Below, piece by piece: positions 48,294-58,078 of a stretch of 64,000 nt of DNA; within the stretch, counting starts at the first letter, position 1; every line of letters begins with the position of its first letter. This DNA comes from an uncultured Planctomycetaceae bacterium (lineage in GTDB: Bacteria > Planctomycetota > UBA1135 > GCA-002686595). The position numbers and the translations under genes were made by a program. The DNA lies in the NCBI GenBank assembly GCA_964507325.1, contig CAZDQL010000009.1:3853-67852 (forward strand), given 5' to 3'. The notes beneath the pieces are model-generated. The model was not told where the DNA came from and made no database searches. It saw only the letters and a program-made list of their open reading frames with translations.

Positions 48294-49451
48294 TCAGCGC
48301 GTCAGCGGCGGATCCTCCCAGGGGTTGCCTCCCTCATCGATGGCGCGGATCCAGGCGTCGAGCTCGCTCTGGCCGGAGTCCCAGAACGCCTTGCAGCTCT
48401 CGAGGAACTCGCGGACGGTGTCGCGCTTCCCGGCGGCGAGGAGACCCTCGGCCAGGGTCATGTCGGGACCGAAGGAACCGAGCACGGGCGAGCCGGTCGT
48501 CCTGCCTGCCGCCAGGAGGTAGCGGGCGGCCTCGTCGACGTCCCCCTCGGCGAGCGCGATCCGTCCGAGCACCACGTTCATCTCGAAGACGAGGTCCCCG
48601 CGCGGTTTCTGTGGATCATCCTGCTCGAGCGCGAGAGCGGCGAACGTCCGCGCTGACTGCGCTTCGCCCGCATCGAAGTAGACACTCGCCAGTGCCATCG
48701 AGAGTGGTTTGCCCATGACGACGAGCACCCCGCGCTCGGAGGCAGCGGTCAAGTCCCAGGCCGCGCGCAGATGGGGGAGAGCGGCCTTGGCCTCCGACAT
48801 GCGAGCCTCGGGCGCGCGCGTCATCGACCGGAGCATCGAGTGATAGGCTCCCAGTTTCAGTGCCCACCTCGGCTCCTGCGGCGCGAGCTCGCGTGCACGT
48901 CGGAGCAGCACGAGGGCGCGGGGGCCGTCCTTCTTGATCCTGAAGGGGTCGGCCATGAGGAACGAGCCGGCGTTGCACGCGATCGCGGGATCTTTCGGGT
49001 GCATGGCGACCAGGTGCTCCCAGAGCTCGATCGCGTCCTCCCACGCCGGTCCGGTGTACATGCCGTCCCGCTTGTAGGGATAGAGCAGCAGTCCAGCCGT
49101 CCCAGCGAGGCGTGAGCGGGGATGCTGCTCGATCAAACCGAGAACCAGCCTGCCGTGCGGCTGCGGGTCGTGCCTCTCACCGCGTTTCCTGCGCAGCTCC
49201 GGCAGCTCGTGGAAGAGCAGCACCATGCGCGTCGAGATGTCCCGGGGGTGGGCCTTCAGTTGCGCCCGCAGCTGCGCCGCCTCCTCCTTGGTGAGCGCTG
49301 CGGCACGCTTGCGGAGCGCAGTCGTGTGGACCCGGCTGCGCGCGTCTCCCCACTCGAGGTCCGTGAGTGCCACGCGACCCGTACCCTGAGCAGTCGCGAC
49401 GTTCGCGACGCAGGCGATGAGTGTCGCGCATAGTAGGTTCCTGCGAAGCAT
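48294..49451 (-). CDS. secreted all-helical (TPR-like) protein of unknown function
   Basis: Signal peptide MLRRNLLCATLIACVANVATAQG, with RBS GGAGGAAGG upstream. The 385-aa mature protein has helical repeat character. The upstream part of the ORF-track ORF (to 50720) is Arg/Gly-rich junk and was rejected. Confidence 0.45.
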   Translation of the reverse strand: MLRRNLLCATLIACVANVATAQGTGRVALTDLEWGDARSRVHTTALRKRAAALTKEEAAQLRAQLKAHPRDISTRMVLLFHELPELRRKRGERHDPQPHGRLVLGLIEQHPRSRLAGTAGLLLYPYKRDGMYTGPAWEDAIELWEHLVAMHPKDPAIACNAGSFLMADPFRIKKDGPRALVLLRRARELAPQEPRWALKLGAYHSMLRSMTRAPEARMSEAKAALPHLRAAWDLTAASERGVLVVMGKPLSMALASVYFDAGEAQSARTFAALALEQDDPQKPRGDLVFEMNVVLGRIALAEGDVDEAARYLLAAGRTTGSPVLGSFGPDMTLAEGLLAAGKRDTVREFLESCKAFWDSGQSELDAWIRAIDEGGNPWEDPPLTR

Positions 49452-49603
49452 GGCCTTCCTCCGGTGGCGGGAGGATACGTGCCGCGGGATTCTCTCTGGT
49501 ACCAGTCTCGCTGCAGTTGCGATTCGCCGGGCGAATCGACCAGTGCAGGCGATCCGGCGGCGGCGGCGTTCTTCAGGCGGGGTACACGCGGGTCGACGGC
49601 CTG

Positions 49604-50842
49604 CTAGGGCGTGATCTCGACAGGCACGGGGTTCGACACGTAGTCGAAGGGGCTGCTGAGTAGGTAGGCGTAGTGGAACTGCACCCCGACCATGCTCGCC
49701 GGCAGCGGCCCGAGGGTGTTGAGGGTTGCCCTGGCTCGACCGCTGCGATCGAGTCGCGAGTGGAAGTTCAAGAAGCCGGGCCCGTTCGCCTGCAACAGAG
49801 CCCGCTGCATGTACCGGTCCGGATTCAGGGGCAGCGTGACCAGCCCGCCGCGCAGGCGCAGGCCCGGGCTCGTCCCGCTGGCGCTGCCCAGCAACCAGTA
49901 GTTCCTCTTCGCGTTCGTCTGGCCCGCGTCGAGGGAGAAGATGACGCGGCCTCCGGTGGAGGCGGAGATGGACGTCTTGTCGCTGGTCAGCGACCCGTCG
50001 TCCTCGGACCAACCCGCCAGCCGGGCCCACAGCCACCAGGCGGCGTAGGCCTTCTGGTTGGCGTTCAGCGGCTGGCTGTGGGCGGAGTAGCAGTAGTACC
50101 AGTCGACCCCCTCGGTGTGGGAGTTCTGCCACTCGGTCGCCCAGTTGCCGATCAGCGTCCCGCTGGCGTCCCAGTAGGAGCAGTCGTCGTTGGCGTACGG
50201 GAAGTAGGTGCCGTCGGGGTCGAAGCTCTCGATGTGCGCGAAGTCGTAGAGGATCTTGTCGTTGGCGATGCAGTAGTCGCGGATCTGCTGGTTGCGGGCG
50301 TTGGTGTGCGCCATGTACCAGTAGTTCAGGTGCCCGGTCATGTAGACGAACTTCACGTCCGGGTAGTCCAGTTCCAACTGCGTCATCGGCGCCAGGTAGC
50401 GGTCGATCATGTCCTGCGCGCTGTAGATCGACACCTGCCCGCACCAGGACCAGATGATCACGTTCACGTCGGAGTTGGCGGGGTCGTCGAGGTAGTCGCG
50501 CGTCTCGTTGACCCACTGGGGGTAGCTGCCGACGTCGCCCGCCATGGCGTAGTCGTGCAGGTCGAGGGCGCCCCCCGTACCACCGTCGTTCCAGGCGAAC
50601 TGGGGACCGCCCACACCCCCGGTGAAGGTGACCAGGCCGTTCATGCCCTCCGTGATCTGGCTGCCGTGGGAGGTGTGCCCGTAGGCGATGTGCAGTTGTT
50701 GCTTGGCTGCCTCGATCCACTGGGGGGGGATCTTGGTGATGTCCGTGCAGCCGTGATCGACGATGATCGGATCGTCGGCGCAGAGGGCGGGCGTGGCGAG
50801 GGAGCAGAGACTCAGCGGCAGGACCAGCAGGATGGTTCTCAT
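49604..50842 (-). CDS. secreted protein of unknown function (possible carbohydrate-active hydrolase/esterase)
   Basis: Signal peptide MRTILLVLPLSLCSLATPALCA. Conserved-looking blocks are HIAYGHTSHGSQ, VNVIIWSWCGQ, KFVYMTGHLNYWY and ILYDFAHIESFDPDG. The C-terminal region of about 100 aa looks like a beta-sandwich. No family could be assigned. Confidence 0.5.
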   Translation of the reverse strand: MRTILLVLPLSLCSLATPALCADDPIIVDHGCTDITKIPPQWIEAAKQQLHIAYGHTSHGSQITEGMNGLVTFTGGVGGPQFAWNDGGTGGALDLHDYAMAGDVGSYPQWVNETRDYLDDPANSDVNVIIWSWCGQVSIYSAQDMIDRYLAPMTQLELDYPDVKFVYMTGHLNYWYMAHTNARNQQIRDYCIANDKILYDFAHIESFDPDGTYFPYANDDCSYWDASGTLIGNWATEWQNSHTEGVDWYYCYSAHSQPLNANQKAYAAWWLWARLAGWSEDDGSLTSDKTSISASTGGRVIFSLDAGQTNAKRNYWLLGSASGTSPGLRLRGGLVTLPLNPDRYMQRALLQANGPGFLNFHSRLDRSGRARATLNTLGPLPASMVGVQFHYAYLLSSPFDYVSNPVPVEITP

Positions 50843-51048
50843 GATGCGCGTCTCGCAGAGGGGGAGGGAGGCTGGGCGACCCCGCTGAGTCGGGAGTCGG
50901 AGGACCGCCGTAAGCTCCAGGATAGCGAGGGCCGGGTCACAGGGCGGCAGAAAAGCCGTCTGGGGGGGGCTGCCGGAACACTCTGGAAACCACCCTTGCG
51001 TGCCGAACAGCCGTTCGCCCCCTCCGACCCCGGCGGCTCGTCCCGCTC

Positions 51049-52194
51049 CTACGGCGCGGCGCCGGCCTGGCTCCGATCCAGGAGAGCCCCCAGGGCGGGC
51101 ATCCCCAGGAGCGCCTCCGCGACGCGCTCCGCCAGCTTGCGGCTGCCGGCGTCCGCGAAGTGATTCGAGTCCGCGTAGTGCTCGTCGTCGGTCGGAATCC
51201 CCCCATGCCCGTCGGTGAATAGGGATCCGGTGCGGCCGGCCACCGCCACCACGACCCGGTCGTACTCCTCCTGACCGTCCAGCAGCCCGTCGATGGAGAG
51301 GTAGGGCATGTAGAAGGCGCTGGTGACGGCGGCCCGACGCTGCTCCTTCCGGCTCTGCTGGCGGTTCACCCGGCTGCCGGTGGTCATCAGGACCACGATG
51401 CTCGAGCGCTCTCGCACGAGCTCGACGAGTTCCTCCAGGCGCTGCTCGAATCCCCGTGACAGTTGCTGGGGGTCGAAACTCAGCTTCCCGCGGGTGGCGT
51501 GCACCGCTCGCTGGCGTTGGACGACGACTGCGTTCTTCTCCAGCTTGGCCCACAGGTTCCAGCGCCGCGCGAGCCAGCTCGGGGAGTACGGCACGCCCTC
51601 GTACAGACCCTGACGCGTGGCCAGGTCGGCGGTGTCGAAGACCAGGTCGCTGATCTGGATGATCGCGACGTCCGGGTCGACCTGGGCGACGCGCCGGAGG
51701 AGATAGCTCATCAGGGCCTGCGTGGAAATGCCCGGGACCCCGGCGTTGACGTAGTCGACGCGGGCGGTCGGCCAGGCCTCCTGGATCCTGCGCCAGGTCA
51801 GGTGGGTCCAGCAGGCCTCGTTCCCGCCCACCTCCGAATCGTAGACGCTCGAGCTGCCCAGGAAGACCAACCGTACGAGTCCCCTGGGCTTGGGCATGGG
51901 GATCTCGGGGCTCCTGAAACCGAGCGAGTTGATCTCGATCCGGCCGATCGACGCTCCGGGTAGCGGCAGGTCGACTCCCAGCTCCGGGACCGGGGAGAGC
52001 GCCGCAGCCTCGTCCACGCCCCGGTTGGCGGCGTCCTGCACGATCCGCCTGAAGCGCCGCAGGCCCAGACGCCGCGCTGAGCTCAGCCCGAAGGCGGCCA
52101 GGGCGACGCCGAAGGCCGCCACCCTCGAGGCCTTCCTCGCGGCGGCCCGGATCGCCTCCCGCCAGCTTCCGGCTGCACGCTGTCGGGGGTCCAT
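51049..52194 (-). CDS. membrane-anchored SGNH/GDSL hydrolase
   Basis: TM anchor AAFGVALAAFGL. Block I is LVRLVFLGSSSVYDS, block II is YVNAGVPGIST, and block V is DSNHFADAG (D-x-x-H). Confidence 0.55.
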   Translation of the reverse strand: MDPRQRAAGSWREAIRAAARKASRVAAFGVALAAFGLSSARRLGLRRFRRIVQDAANRGVDEAAALSPVPELGVDLPLPGASIGRIEINSLGFRSPEIPMPKPRGLVRLVFLGSSSVYDSEVGGNEACWTHLTWRRIQEAWPTARVDYVNAGVPGISTQALMSYLLRRVAQVDPDVAIIQISDLVFDTADLATRQGLYEGVPYSPSWLARRWNLWAKLEKNAVVVQRQRAVHATRGKLSFDPQQLSRGFEQRLEELVELVRERSSIVVLMTTGSRVNRQQSRKEQRRAAVTSAFYMPYLSIDGLLDGQEEYDRVVVAVAGRTGSLFTDGHGGIPTDDEHYADSNHFADAGSRKLAERVAEALLGMPALGALLDRSQAGAAP

Positions 52195-52228
52195 CGAGGA
52201 TCTCGCGGGTGGTTGACCGGCGCTCGGG

Positions 52229-53218
52229 CTAGGGCTCAGGTGTCCGAGGTTCCCTCGCGCCCAGCGGAGGAGCGTGCAGCCGCCGCGCCACCTGCTCCTT
52301 GCGGGCGAGGTCCTTGAAGACCCGCTCGACCTGGTCCTCGCCCAGCTCCATCACCCGGGCGACCTCCGGGATGGGGACGTCGTGCTGCTTGGCGTACCAG
52401 AGCAGATCCAGGGTCTCGTGGGGCAGGCGGAAGAAGAACTCCTCCTGGGTGCTCCCGGCGCTGTAGGTGTCGCTGGTGGGCGGTCGCGTGCGGATGGCCT
52501 CGGGAATCTCGAGGTGCTCCGCCAGCTGGTAGACCTGCGTCTTGTACAGGTGGGCGATCGGCTTCACGTCCATGGCGCTGTCGCCGAAGCGGACGAAGAA
52601 GCCCAGGTCGTGCTCGTTCCTGGGTGGGGTTCCCAGAACGGCGTAGTCGCGCTGCTCGGCGTGGTAGTAGAGCATCGCCGCGCGAGAGCGCTGCTTGAAG
52701 TTCGAGGCGGCCACGATCTGCCGCAGCTGGTCACCCCCGAGTCGCTTGCGTCGCTCCTGGCCGTCGGGTGCCACCACGGTGATGCTGAACACGTTCAGCG
52801 TCTCCCGCTCCAGGAGATCGCTGGGCAGGGTGATCTTGAGGCGGTAGCTGTCGTCGTAGTCGGGGAAGAGCGAGCGCACGGCCTCGTCCCGGCGACCGTA
52901 GCAGTCGAAGCCACGCAGCGCGCCGCTGACGTCCTCGACCAGCGGCTCGACCTGGAACTGCCGGCAGACCTGATAGGCCAGCTCACTGCTCTCCGGGCTC
53001 GATTCGGCTTCCGGCAGCAAGAGCGCCACCACACGCTCCGGACCGAGGGCGCGCACGGCGAGCGCCAGGACCACCGCCGAGTCGACGCCACCGCTGACAC
53101 CCAGCACCGCACCGCGCCGCTTGAGCACCTCCAGCACGTCGTCGCGCAGCCTGTCAGCGATGCGCTCGGCCTCGCGCTCGGCTTCGAGCCTCAGCACCTC
53201 TCGATGGAATCCTGTCAT
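52229..53218 (-). CDS. PP-loop ATP-pyrophosphatase of NadE / N-acetyl-sugar-amidotransferase type
   Basis: PP-loop VLGVSGGVDSAVV. The NadE-like C-terminal region has YKTQVYQLAEHLEIPEAIRTRPPTSD. RBS GGAAGGAGG upstream. Its start overlaps the stop of asnB (ATGA). Confidence 0.7.
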   Translation of the reverse strand: MTGFHREVLRLEAEREAERIADRLRDDVLEVLKRRGAVLGVSGGVDSAVVLALAVRALGPERVVALLLPEAESSPESSELAYQVCRQFQVEPLVEDVSGALRGFDCYGRRDEAVRSLFPDYDDSYRLKITLPSDLLERETLNVFSITVVAPDGQERRKRLGGDQLRQIVAASNFKQRSRAAMLYYHAEQRDYAVLGTPPRNEHDLGFFVRFGDSAMDVKPIAHLYKTQVYQLAEHLEIPEAIRTRPPTSDTYSAGSTQEEFFFRLPHETLDLLWYAKQHDVPIPEVARVMELGEDQVERVFKDLARKEQVARRLHAPPLGAREPRTPEP

Positions 53219-55257
53219 GTGCCTCCTTCCGGCGCCCTGCGCTGGACGATCTTGACGTCGTCGCTCTCGTTCAAGGGCGTCCGGGCGCGGAAATCGGCCA
53301 CGAACTGCCGGTGCACGAGCTGAGTGGTCAGGACGCCCGCCAGGGCCATGTCGTCCGTCTCGCCGAGCGAGCCCCAGCGCTCGATTTTCCCGGCCAGCAT
53401 CGCCACCGCCCCGGGGTCGAAACAGCCGGCAGCCTCGATGGCCTGTGCCGACAGGGCCTCGGCCACCCAGTCTAGGGGTTTGCCCTCGACGAAGAAGCTG
53501 GCGTGGATGGGGGCCCGATAGGGTCGCTTGCGACGCTGGCCGATCTCCGCCGGCACCAGGTCCCGCGCGGCCCGCTTGAGCAGGCGCTTCTCGTCGAGCC
53601 CACGCAGCTTGAGCCCCGGCGCCAGCTGGCAGCAGAGCTCGACCACGCGGTGATCGAGGAAGGGAAAACGGCCCTCGACCGAGTGCGCCATCGCCATCCG
53701 ATCCCCCTGGGAGGAGAGCAGGTAACCGGGCAGGAAGATGGCCGCTTCGAGGTACTGGGCGCGGGCCAGGGGGCTGTAGCGCTCCAGGTCGGCGGGCAGG
53801 GCCAGCCCCTCCCACGGCTCGTGCTCCGGCGCTGCCGACCCGTCCGACTCGCGCCGCTCCTCCTCGATCGCCGCCCGCAGCGCCCCGGAGAAGAGCCGCT
53901 TGGCCCGGCTGGTGTTCCGCCAGCGCACCTCGTGCGAGTAGCAGGCGCTGAAGACCCGCTCCAGCCCCTGCCCGAAGAACCCCTTGAGGTAGGCATCGCC
54001 GGCCCCGGAGAGCTCCCCGATGTACGGATAGAGCTTCTTCAGCAGGGCGGGCCGGCGCTTCGACTGCGGCTCTCGGGCCCAGAAGCGCCGCACCTTGGCC
54101 TCCTTGAAGATGTTGTAGCCGGCCAGGAATTCGTCCGCGCCCTCCCCGGTCAGCACCACCTTGAGGCCCTCGCTCTGCACCAGCTCCGAGAGCAGGTAGA
54201 GCGGGGCCGGCGAGGTGCGCGTGATCGGTGTCTCGGTGTGCCAGACCACCTCGGGGATGACGCGACCGATGTCCTCGTGGGTGCAGGTGATCCGGTGATG
54301 GCGGGTCCCCAGGCGAGCGGCCATGCGGCGTTGGAATTCGCTCTCGTCGTAGGCTTGGTCGTCGAAGGCGATCGAGAAGGTCTCCAGACCGCTCCCTGCG
54401 TGGCGCTGGGCCAGCGCGGTGATGGTCGACGAATCCAGGCCGCCGCTGAGGTAGGCGCCCACCGGCACATCGGCCCGCAGACGCAGCTCGGTGGCACCGG
54501 CCAGGAGATCACCGAACTCCGCCGTCGCCTCTTCGGCGTCCCGCAGCGGCTCGCGCCCGCGGTCGGGGAAGGTCAGCTCCCAGTACTTCTCGATGCGCAC
54601 CTCTCCGTCCGACCGCGCGACGAGGTAGTGTCCCGGGGGCAGGCAGGACACGCCGCGGAAGGCCGTGCGCGGAGCGATCGGGCTCCAGAAGGTGAAGATC
54701 TCGTCCAGGGCCAGGGGGTCCAGCTCGACCGAGAAGGCCGGATCGGCCAAGAGCCCCTTGACCTCCGACGCGAAGGTGAGCGCGCCTCCGTCGCGGGCGT
54801 AGAAGAGGGGGCGGATCCCCAGGCGGTCGCGGGCGAGGAAGAGCTCCCCCGTGCGTTCATCCCAGATGGCCAGCGCGAATTGACCGTTGAGGTGCTGCAG
54901 GCAGTCCGGCCCCAGGTCCTCGAACAGGTGCACGATCACCTCGGTGTCGGAGTCGCTCTGCAGTCGATGGCCCCTCTGCTCGAGCTCCCGCCGCAGCTCC
55001 AGGTGGTTGAAGATCTCCCCGTTGAAGACGATCCACTTGGTGCCGTCCTCGTTGGAGATCGGCTGCTGTCCCCCTGCCAGGTCGACGATGCTCAGGCGGG
55101 AGTTGCCCAGACCGACGCTGCAGTCCCCGCGCTCCCCGAGGTAGATGCCGAACTGGTCCGGCCCCCGGTGACGCAAGGTCCCCAGCATGCGTTGCAGGAG
55201 CTCCACGCTCGCGGACGGCCGGCCCCTGGGGCTCAGTCTCCCGGCAATCCCGCACAT
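53215..55257 (-). CDS. asnB: asparagine synthase (glutamine-hydrolysing) family amidotransferase
   Basis: N-terminal nucleophile MCGIAG. The GATase-2 domain is RGPD...LGNSRLSIVDL. The synthetase domain has the PP-motif YLSGGLDSS. Its start abuts the stop of the ligase gene (55258). Confidence 0.9.
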   Translation of the reverse strand: MCGIAGRLSPRGRPSASVELLQRMLGTLRHRGPDQFGIYLGERGDCSVGLGNSRLSIVDLAGGQQPISNEDGTKWIVFNGEIFNHLELRRELEQRGHRLQSDSDTEVIVHLFEDLGPDCLQHLNGQFALAIWDERTGELFLARDRLGIRPLFYARDGGALTFASEVKGLLADPAFSVELDPLALDEIFTFWSPIAPRTAFRGVSCLPPGHYLVARSDGEVRIEKYWELTFPDRGREPLRDAEEATAEFGDLLAGATELRLRADVPVGAYLSGGLDSSTITALAQRHAGSGLETFSIAFDDQAYDESEFQRRMAARLGTRHHRITCTHEDIGRVIPEVVWHTETPITRTSPAPLYLLSELVQSEGLKVVLTGEGADEFLAGYNIFKEAKVRRFWAREPQSKRRPALLKKLYPYIGELSGAGDAYLKGFFGQGLERVFSACYSHEVRWRNTSRAKRLFSGALRAAIEEERRESDGSAAPEHEPWEGLALPADLERYSPLARAQYLEAAIFLPGYLLSSQGDRMAMAHSVEGRFPFLDHRVVELCCQLAPGLKLRGLDEKRLLKRAARDLVPAEIGQRRKRPYRAPIHASFFVEGKPLDWVAEALSAQAIEAAGCFDPGAVAMLAGKIERWGSLGETDDMALAGVLTTQLVHRQFVADFRARTPLNESDDVKIVQRRAPEGGT

Positions 55258-56793
55258 CTACTCGATCGCCCGCTTCTGGACCTTCAGGCTGTCCGTCTTG
55301 GGGAGCTCGTCGCAGAAGACGACGTGCTTGGGCAGCATGAAGTCCTCCAGGTTCTGCTTGCAGTGGCGCAGCACGTCCTTCTCGGTGAGGGTGTGATCAC
55401 CGGTCACCACCAGGACCTTGATCGCCTGGCCGAGGATCTCGTCCGGGACTCCGACAGCGGCCACCTCGACCACGCCCGGCAGCTCGCACAGCGCGTTCTC
55501 CACCTCCTTGGGCGCGACCTTCTCGCCCCGGGTCTTGATGATGTCGTCCTTGCGGCCGACGAAGTAGCAGTAGCCCTGCTCGTCCATGCGGAAGAGGTCC
55601 CCGGTGTAGCAGACCCGCTCCCCGGGAGTCGGCCCCGGACGGAAGCGTTCCGCGCTGGCCACTGGATCCTCCCAGTACCCCTGCATCACGTGCTTGCCCC
55701 GGACCACGAGCTCGCCGATCTCGTCAGCCGCCACGCGCTCGTCGTTCTCGTCCACGATCCAGACCTCGGTGTCCGGGATGGCGATGCCCACCGAGTCGGG
55801 GCGCTGGGCGAGCTGATCCGGAGGCAGGTAGAGAGTGCGCTTGGTCTCGGTCAGGCCGTACATCGAGTAGAGGGCCGCCTGCGGGAAGCGCTCCCCGAGC
55901 CTCTGGACGTGGCTCTGGGGCAGGGCTGCGGCGGTGTTGGTGATGTAGCGCAGATGCCCGAGATCGTAGGTGCTCGTGTCGGTCTGCAGCAGGATGGCGA
56001 ACATGGTGGGCACCGCCGGCAAGCCGGTCACCCGCTCGGCCTGCATCACCTGCAGGAAGTGCGCCGGGTAGACGAAGGACCTCTCCAACACCAGCGTACC
56101 GCCGAATCGCAAGGTCATCAGGAGCTGGTAGAGCCCGTAGTCGAAGGAGAGCGGAAGCGCGCAGATGACCACGTCCTCGGCGGTGTTCTCCAGGAAGGTG
56201 ATGATCGACGAAGCCGCGAAGACGATGTTGCCGTGCGAGGACATGACGCCCCTGGAATCGCCGCTGCTGCCCGAGGTGTAGACCAGGCAGGCCAGGTCCG
56301 TCTCGGAGCGGCGCGGGGCGGGTCGAGTGGCCGGTGAGCTCGTCAGAGCATCCTCGAAGCCCAGAGGCTCGGGACCCTCCCCGTCCAACCCCGCGGGCTG
56401 ACTACCGGCCAGGATGACGAGCATCAGCGAGTCGATGCGCCGGGTCATCTCCAGGGCGGTTGCAGCGTGGGCTCCGCGCGTCACCAGGGCCCTGGCTCGG
56501 CAGTCACCCAGGAGCTGCGCCAGCTTCTCTGCCTTGGTGGTGCTGTTGATCGCGACGAAGACGGCGCCCGCCTTGAGGGTGGCGAAGATGCCTACCGCCA
56601 GCTCGACCGAGTTGGGAAGGAATAGGGCCACCCTGTCCCCGGGCTCCACGCCCCGTTGGCGGAGAGCGTTCGCCAACCGGTTGGCCATTTCGTCGAGCTG
56701 TGCGTAGCTCAGCCGCTCTTGGCCACAGACCAGAGCCACCTTGCCCGGCGTGCGCTCGGCGCTGTGCTCCAGGAAGTCGTTGATGAGCGGCAC
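55258..56793 (-). CDS. AMP-forming acyl-CoA/acyl-carrier ligase (adenylate-forming enzyme)
   Basis: A-motifs are present: LVYTSGSSGDSRGV (A3), YGLTET (A5), YTGDLFRMDEQGYCYFVGRKDD (A7/A8), and PKTDSLKVQKR (A10 Lys). Confidence 0.85.
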   Translation of the reverse strand: MPLINDFLEHSAERTPGKVALVCGQERLSYAQLDEMANRLANALRQRGVEPGDRVALFLPNSVELAVGIFATLKAGAVFVAINSTTKAEKLAQLLGDCRARALVTRGAHAATALEMTRRIDSLMLVILAGSQPAGLDGEGPEPLGFEDALTSSPATRPAPRRSETDLACLVYTSGSSGDSRGVMSSHGNIVFAASSIITFLENTAEDVVICALPLSFDYGLYQLLMTLRFGGTLVLERSFVYPAHFLQVMQAERVTGLPAVPTMFAILLQTDTSTYDLGHLRYITNTAAALPQSHVQRLGERFPQAALYSMYGLTETKRTLYLPPDQLAQRPDSVGIAIPDTEVWIVDENDERVAADEIGELVVRGKHVMQGYWEDPVASAERFRPGPTPGERVCYTGDLFRMDEQGYCYFVGRKDDIIKTRGEKVAPKEVENALCELPGVVEVAAVGVPDEILGQAIKVLVVTGDHTLTEKDVLRHCKQNLEDFMLPKHVVFCDELPKTDSLKVQKRAIE

Positions 56794-56834
56794 GTGGTGC
56801 TTCCTATCTGGGCGGCGCGACGAGCAGCCGGCTG

Positions 56835-57080
56835 TCAGTGCTGCTTGCCCTCCACGTAGACGACCAAGCGATCGACCGAGTCGAAGTTCTCGGGCACGAT
56901 CTCCTCGTCGGCGACCGCGATCGTGAAGGCCTCCTCCAGGAAGCTGACCAATTCGAGAATGCCGGTCGAGTCCACCACGCCCTCCTCGAGCAGAGAGGCA
57001 TCGTCGGGCAAGGGGAAGTCACCCGTGCTCAGCAGGAAGTTCTCGGCCAGGAATCCGCGGATGCGCTCGCGTACATTCAT
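56835..57080 (-). CDS. acyl carrier protein (phosphopantetheine attachment site)
   Basis: MNVRERIRGFLAENFLL...LLEEGVVDSTGILELVSFLEEAF matches the ACP DSL-like motif with a conserved Ser. 81 aa. Confidence 0.75.
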   Translation of the reverse strand: MNVRERIRGFLAENFLLSTGDFPLPDDASLLEEGVVDSTGILELVSFLEEAFTIAVADEEIVPENFDSVDRLVVYVEGKQH

Positions 57081-57989
57081 GTCCAGGGTCCCTGACACCT
57101 CGTCGGTTGCGTGGCACTCCGATTGCCGCCGTCGCTCGAGCGCGGGCGCGAGTCCCGCCCGCTCCACTGCTCGATTCAACACAGGTATGAAGGCCTCGGT
57201 CGCCTTTTTGTTCCCCTCGGAGCTGGGATGGCTGTCGTCGCGGCGCGCTCCGGAGGGATAACGTGAGAAGTCGGAGAGGCCTCCATCGGTAAGGAGGTCG
57301 TACAGGTCGAAGACCGCCACGTTCGATCCCGAATAGGAGTCCAGCCAGCCCGCCTCGGAGTCCGCCAGCCAGTGGTTGAACTCCCGGGCGTACGGCCCGG
57401 ACGGCCGGACGCGGGAGCGCCCCAGGAGGCGTCTGGCCACTTCCCTGTGCCGCCGCGTCTCACCGGGGGACAGCGGAGGCGCGGTCACGGCCACGAAGAG
57501 GGTCTGGGGGTGCGCCGCGAACTCGTCCAAGAGGGCGACGTACGCGGCCTTGGCACTCTCGACGGTGAGCCTCGCTCCCCCGGGCGCCCTCCCATTCTCA
57601 CCCCTGCCGTCGAAGAGGTTGTTGTGGAAGCAGGACTTGAACACCACGATGTCGTTCCTACGGGAATCCCCGTAGAAGGAGTCCTGTTGGTCGCAGGTGA
57701 TGATCTCCTGCATCTGGTCGCGGAACTTGTTCGGCCAGTCGAGGAGGTCGGTGTTCTCCCCGATCAGACTCCCGTAGGACGCCTCGTGCACTTCGTAGCC
57801 GGCTTCGAGGAGGCGGTCGCGCAGTCCTCCTCCGTTGTGCGCGCTCTCATAGACGCAGGCCTGGTGACTGTCCGGTCCCACCGGGGCGAGCCACTGCCCG
57901 CCGCAGGAGTGGTGGATGAACAGCAATCTCAGCCGACGCGGCGCTGCCTGCGGCGAGAAGCTGCCCCGGAATCCAGGTGTAGCCTGCAT
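57081..57989 (-). CDS. SGNH-like hydrolase domain protein whose reading frame runs without a stop codon into the ACP
   Basis: MQATPGFRGSF...LLFIHHSCGGQW...VVFKSCFHNN...DSHPSSEGNKKATEAFIPVL (D-x-x-HP block V). GC3 is high throughout. There is no in-frame stop before the ACP ATG at 57080, so the physical product may be a 384-aa SGNH-ACP fusion (56835-57989). Confidence 0.45.
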
Positions 57990-58078
57990 GAATGTCGGTT
58001 GGGGGGGACGTGCCAAGTGCTGGGAATCCGGCTCGGCTGCGCCTCGTTTCGGAAGGGGGCTCTCGTGGATCGCGCCCG

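Noticed and set aside
49673-51163. 496-aa plus-strand ORF opposite the secreted-protein and SGNH genes
   Set aside because: Antisense artefact. It overlaps two minus-strand genes that have signal peptides.
56804-57022. 72-aa minus-strand ORF in an alternative frame over the ACP
   Set aside because: Ser/Arg/Pro-rich. The ACP frame has the conserved DS-motif.
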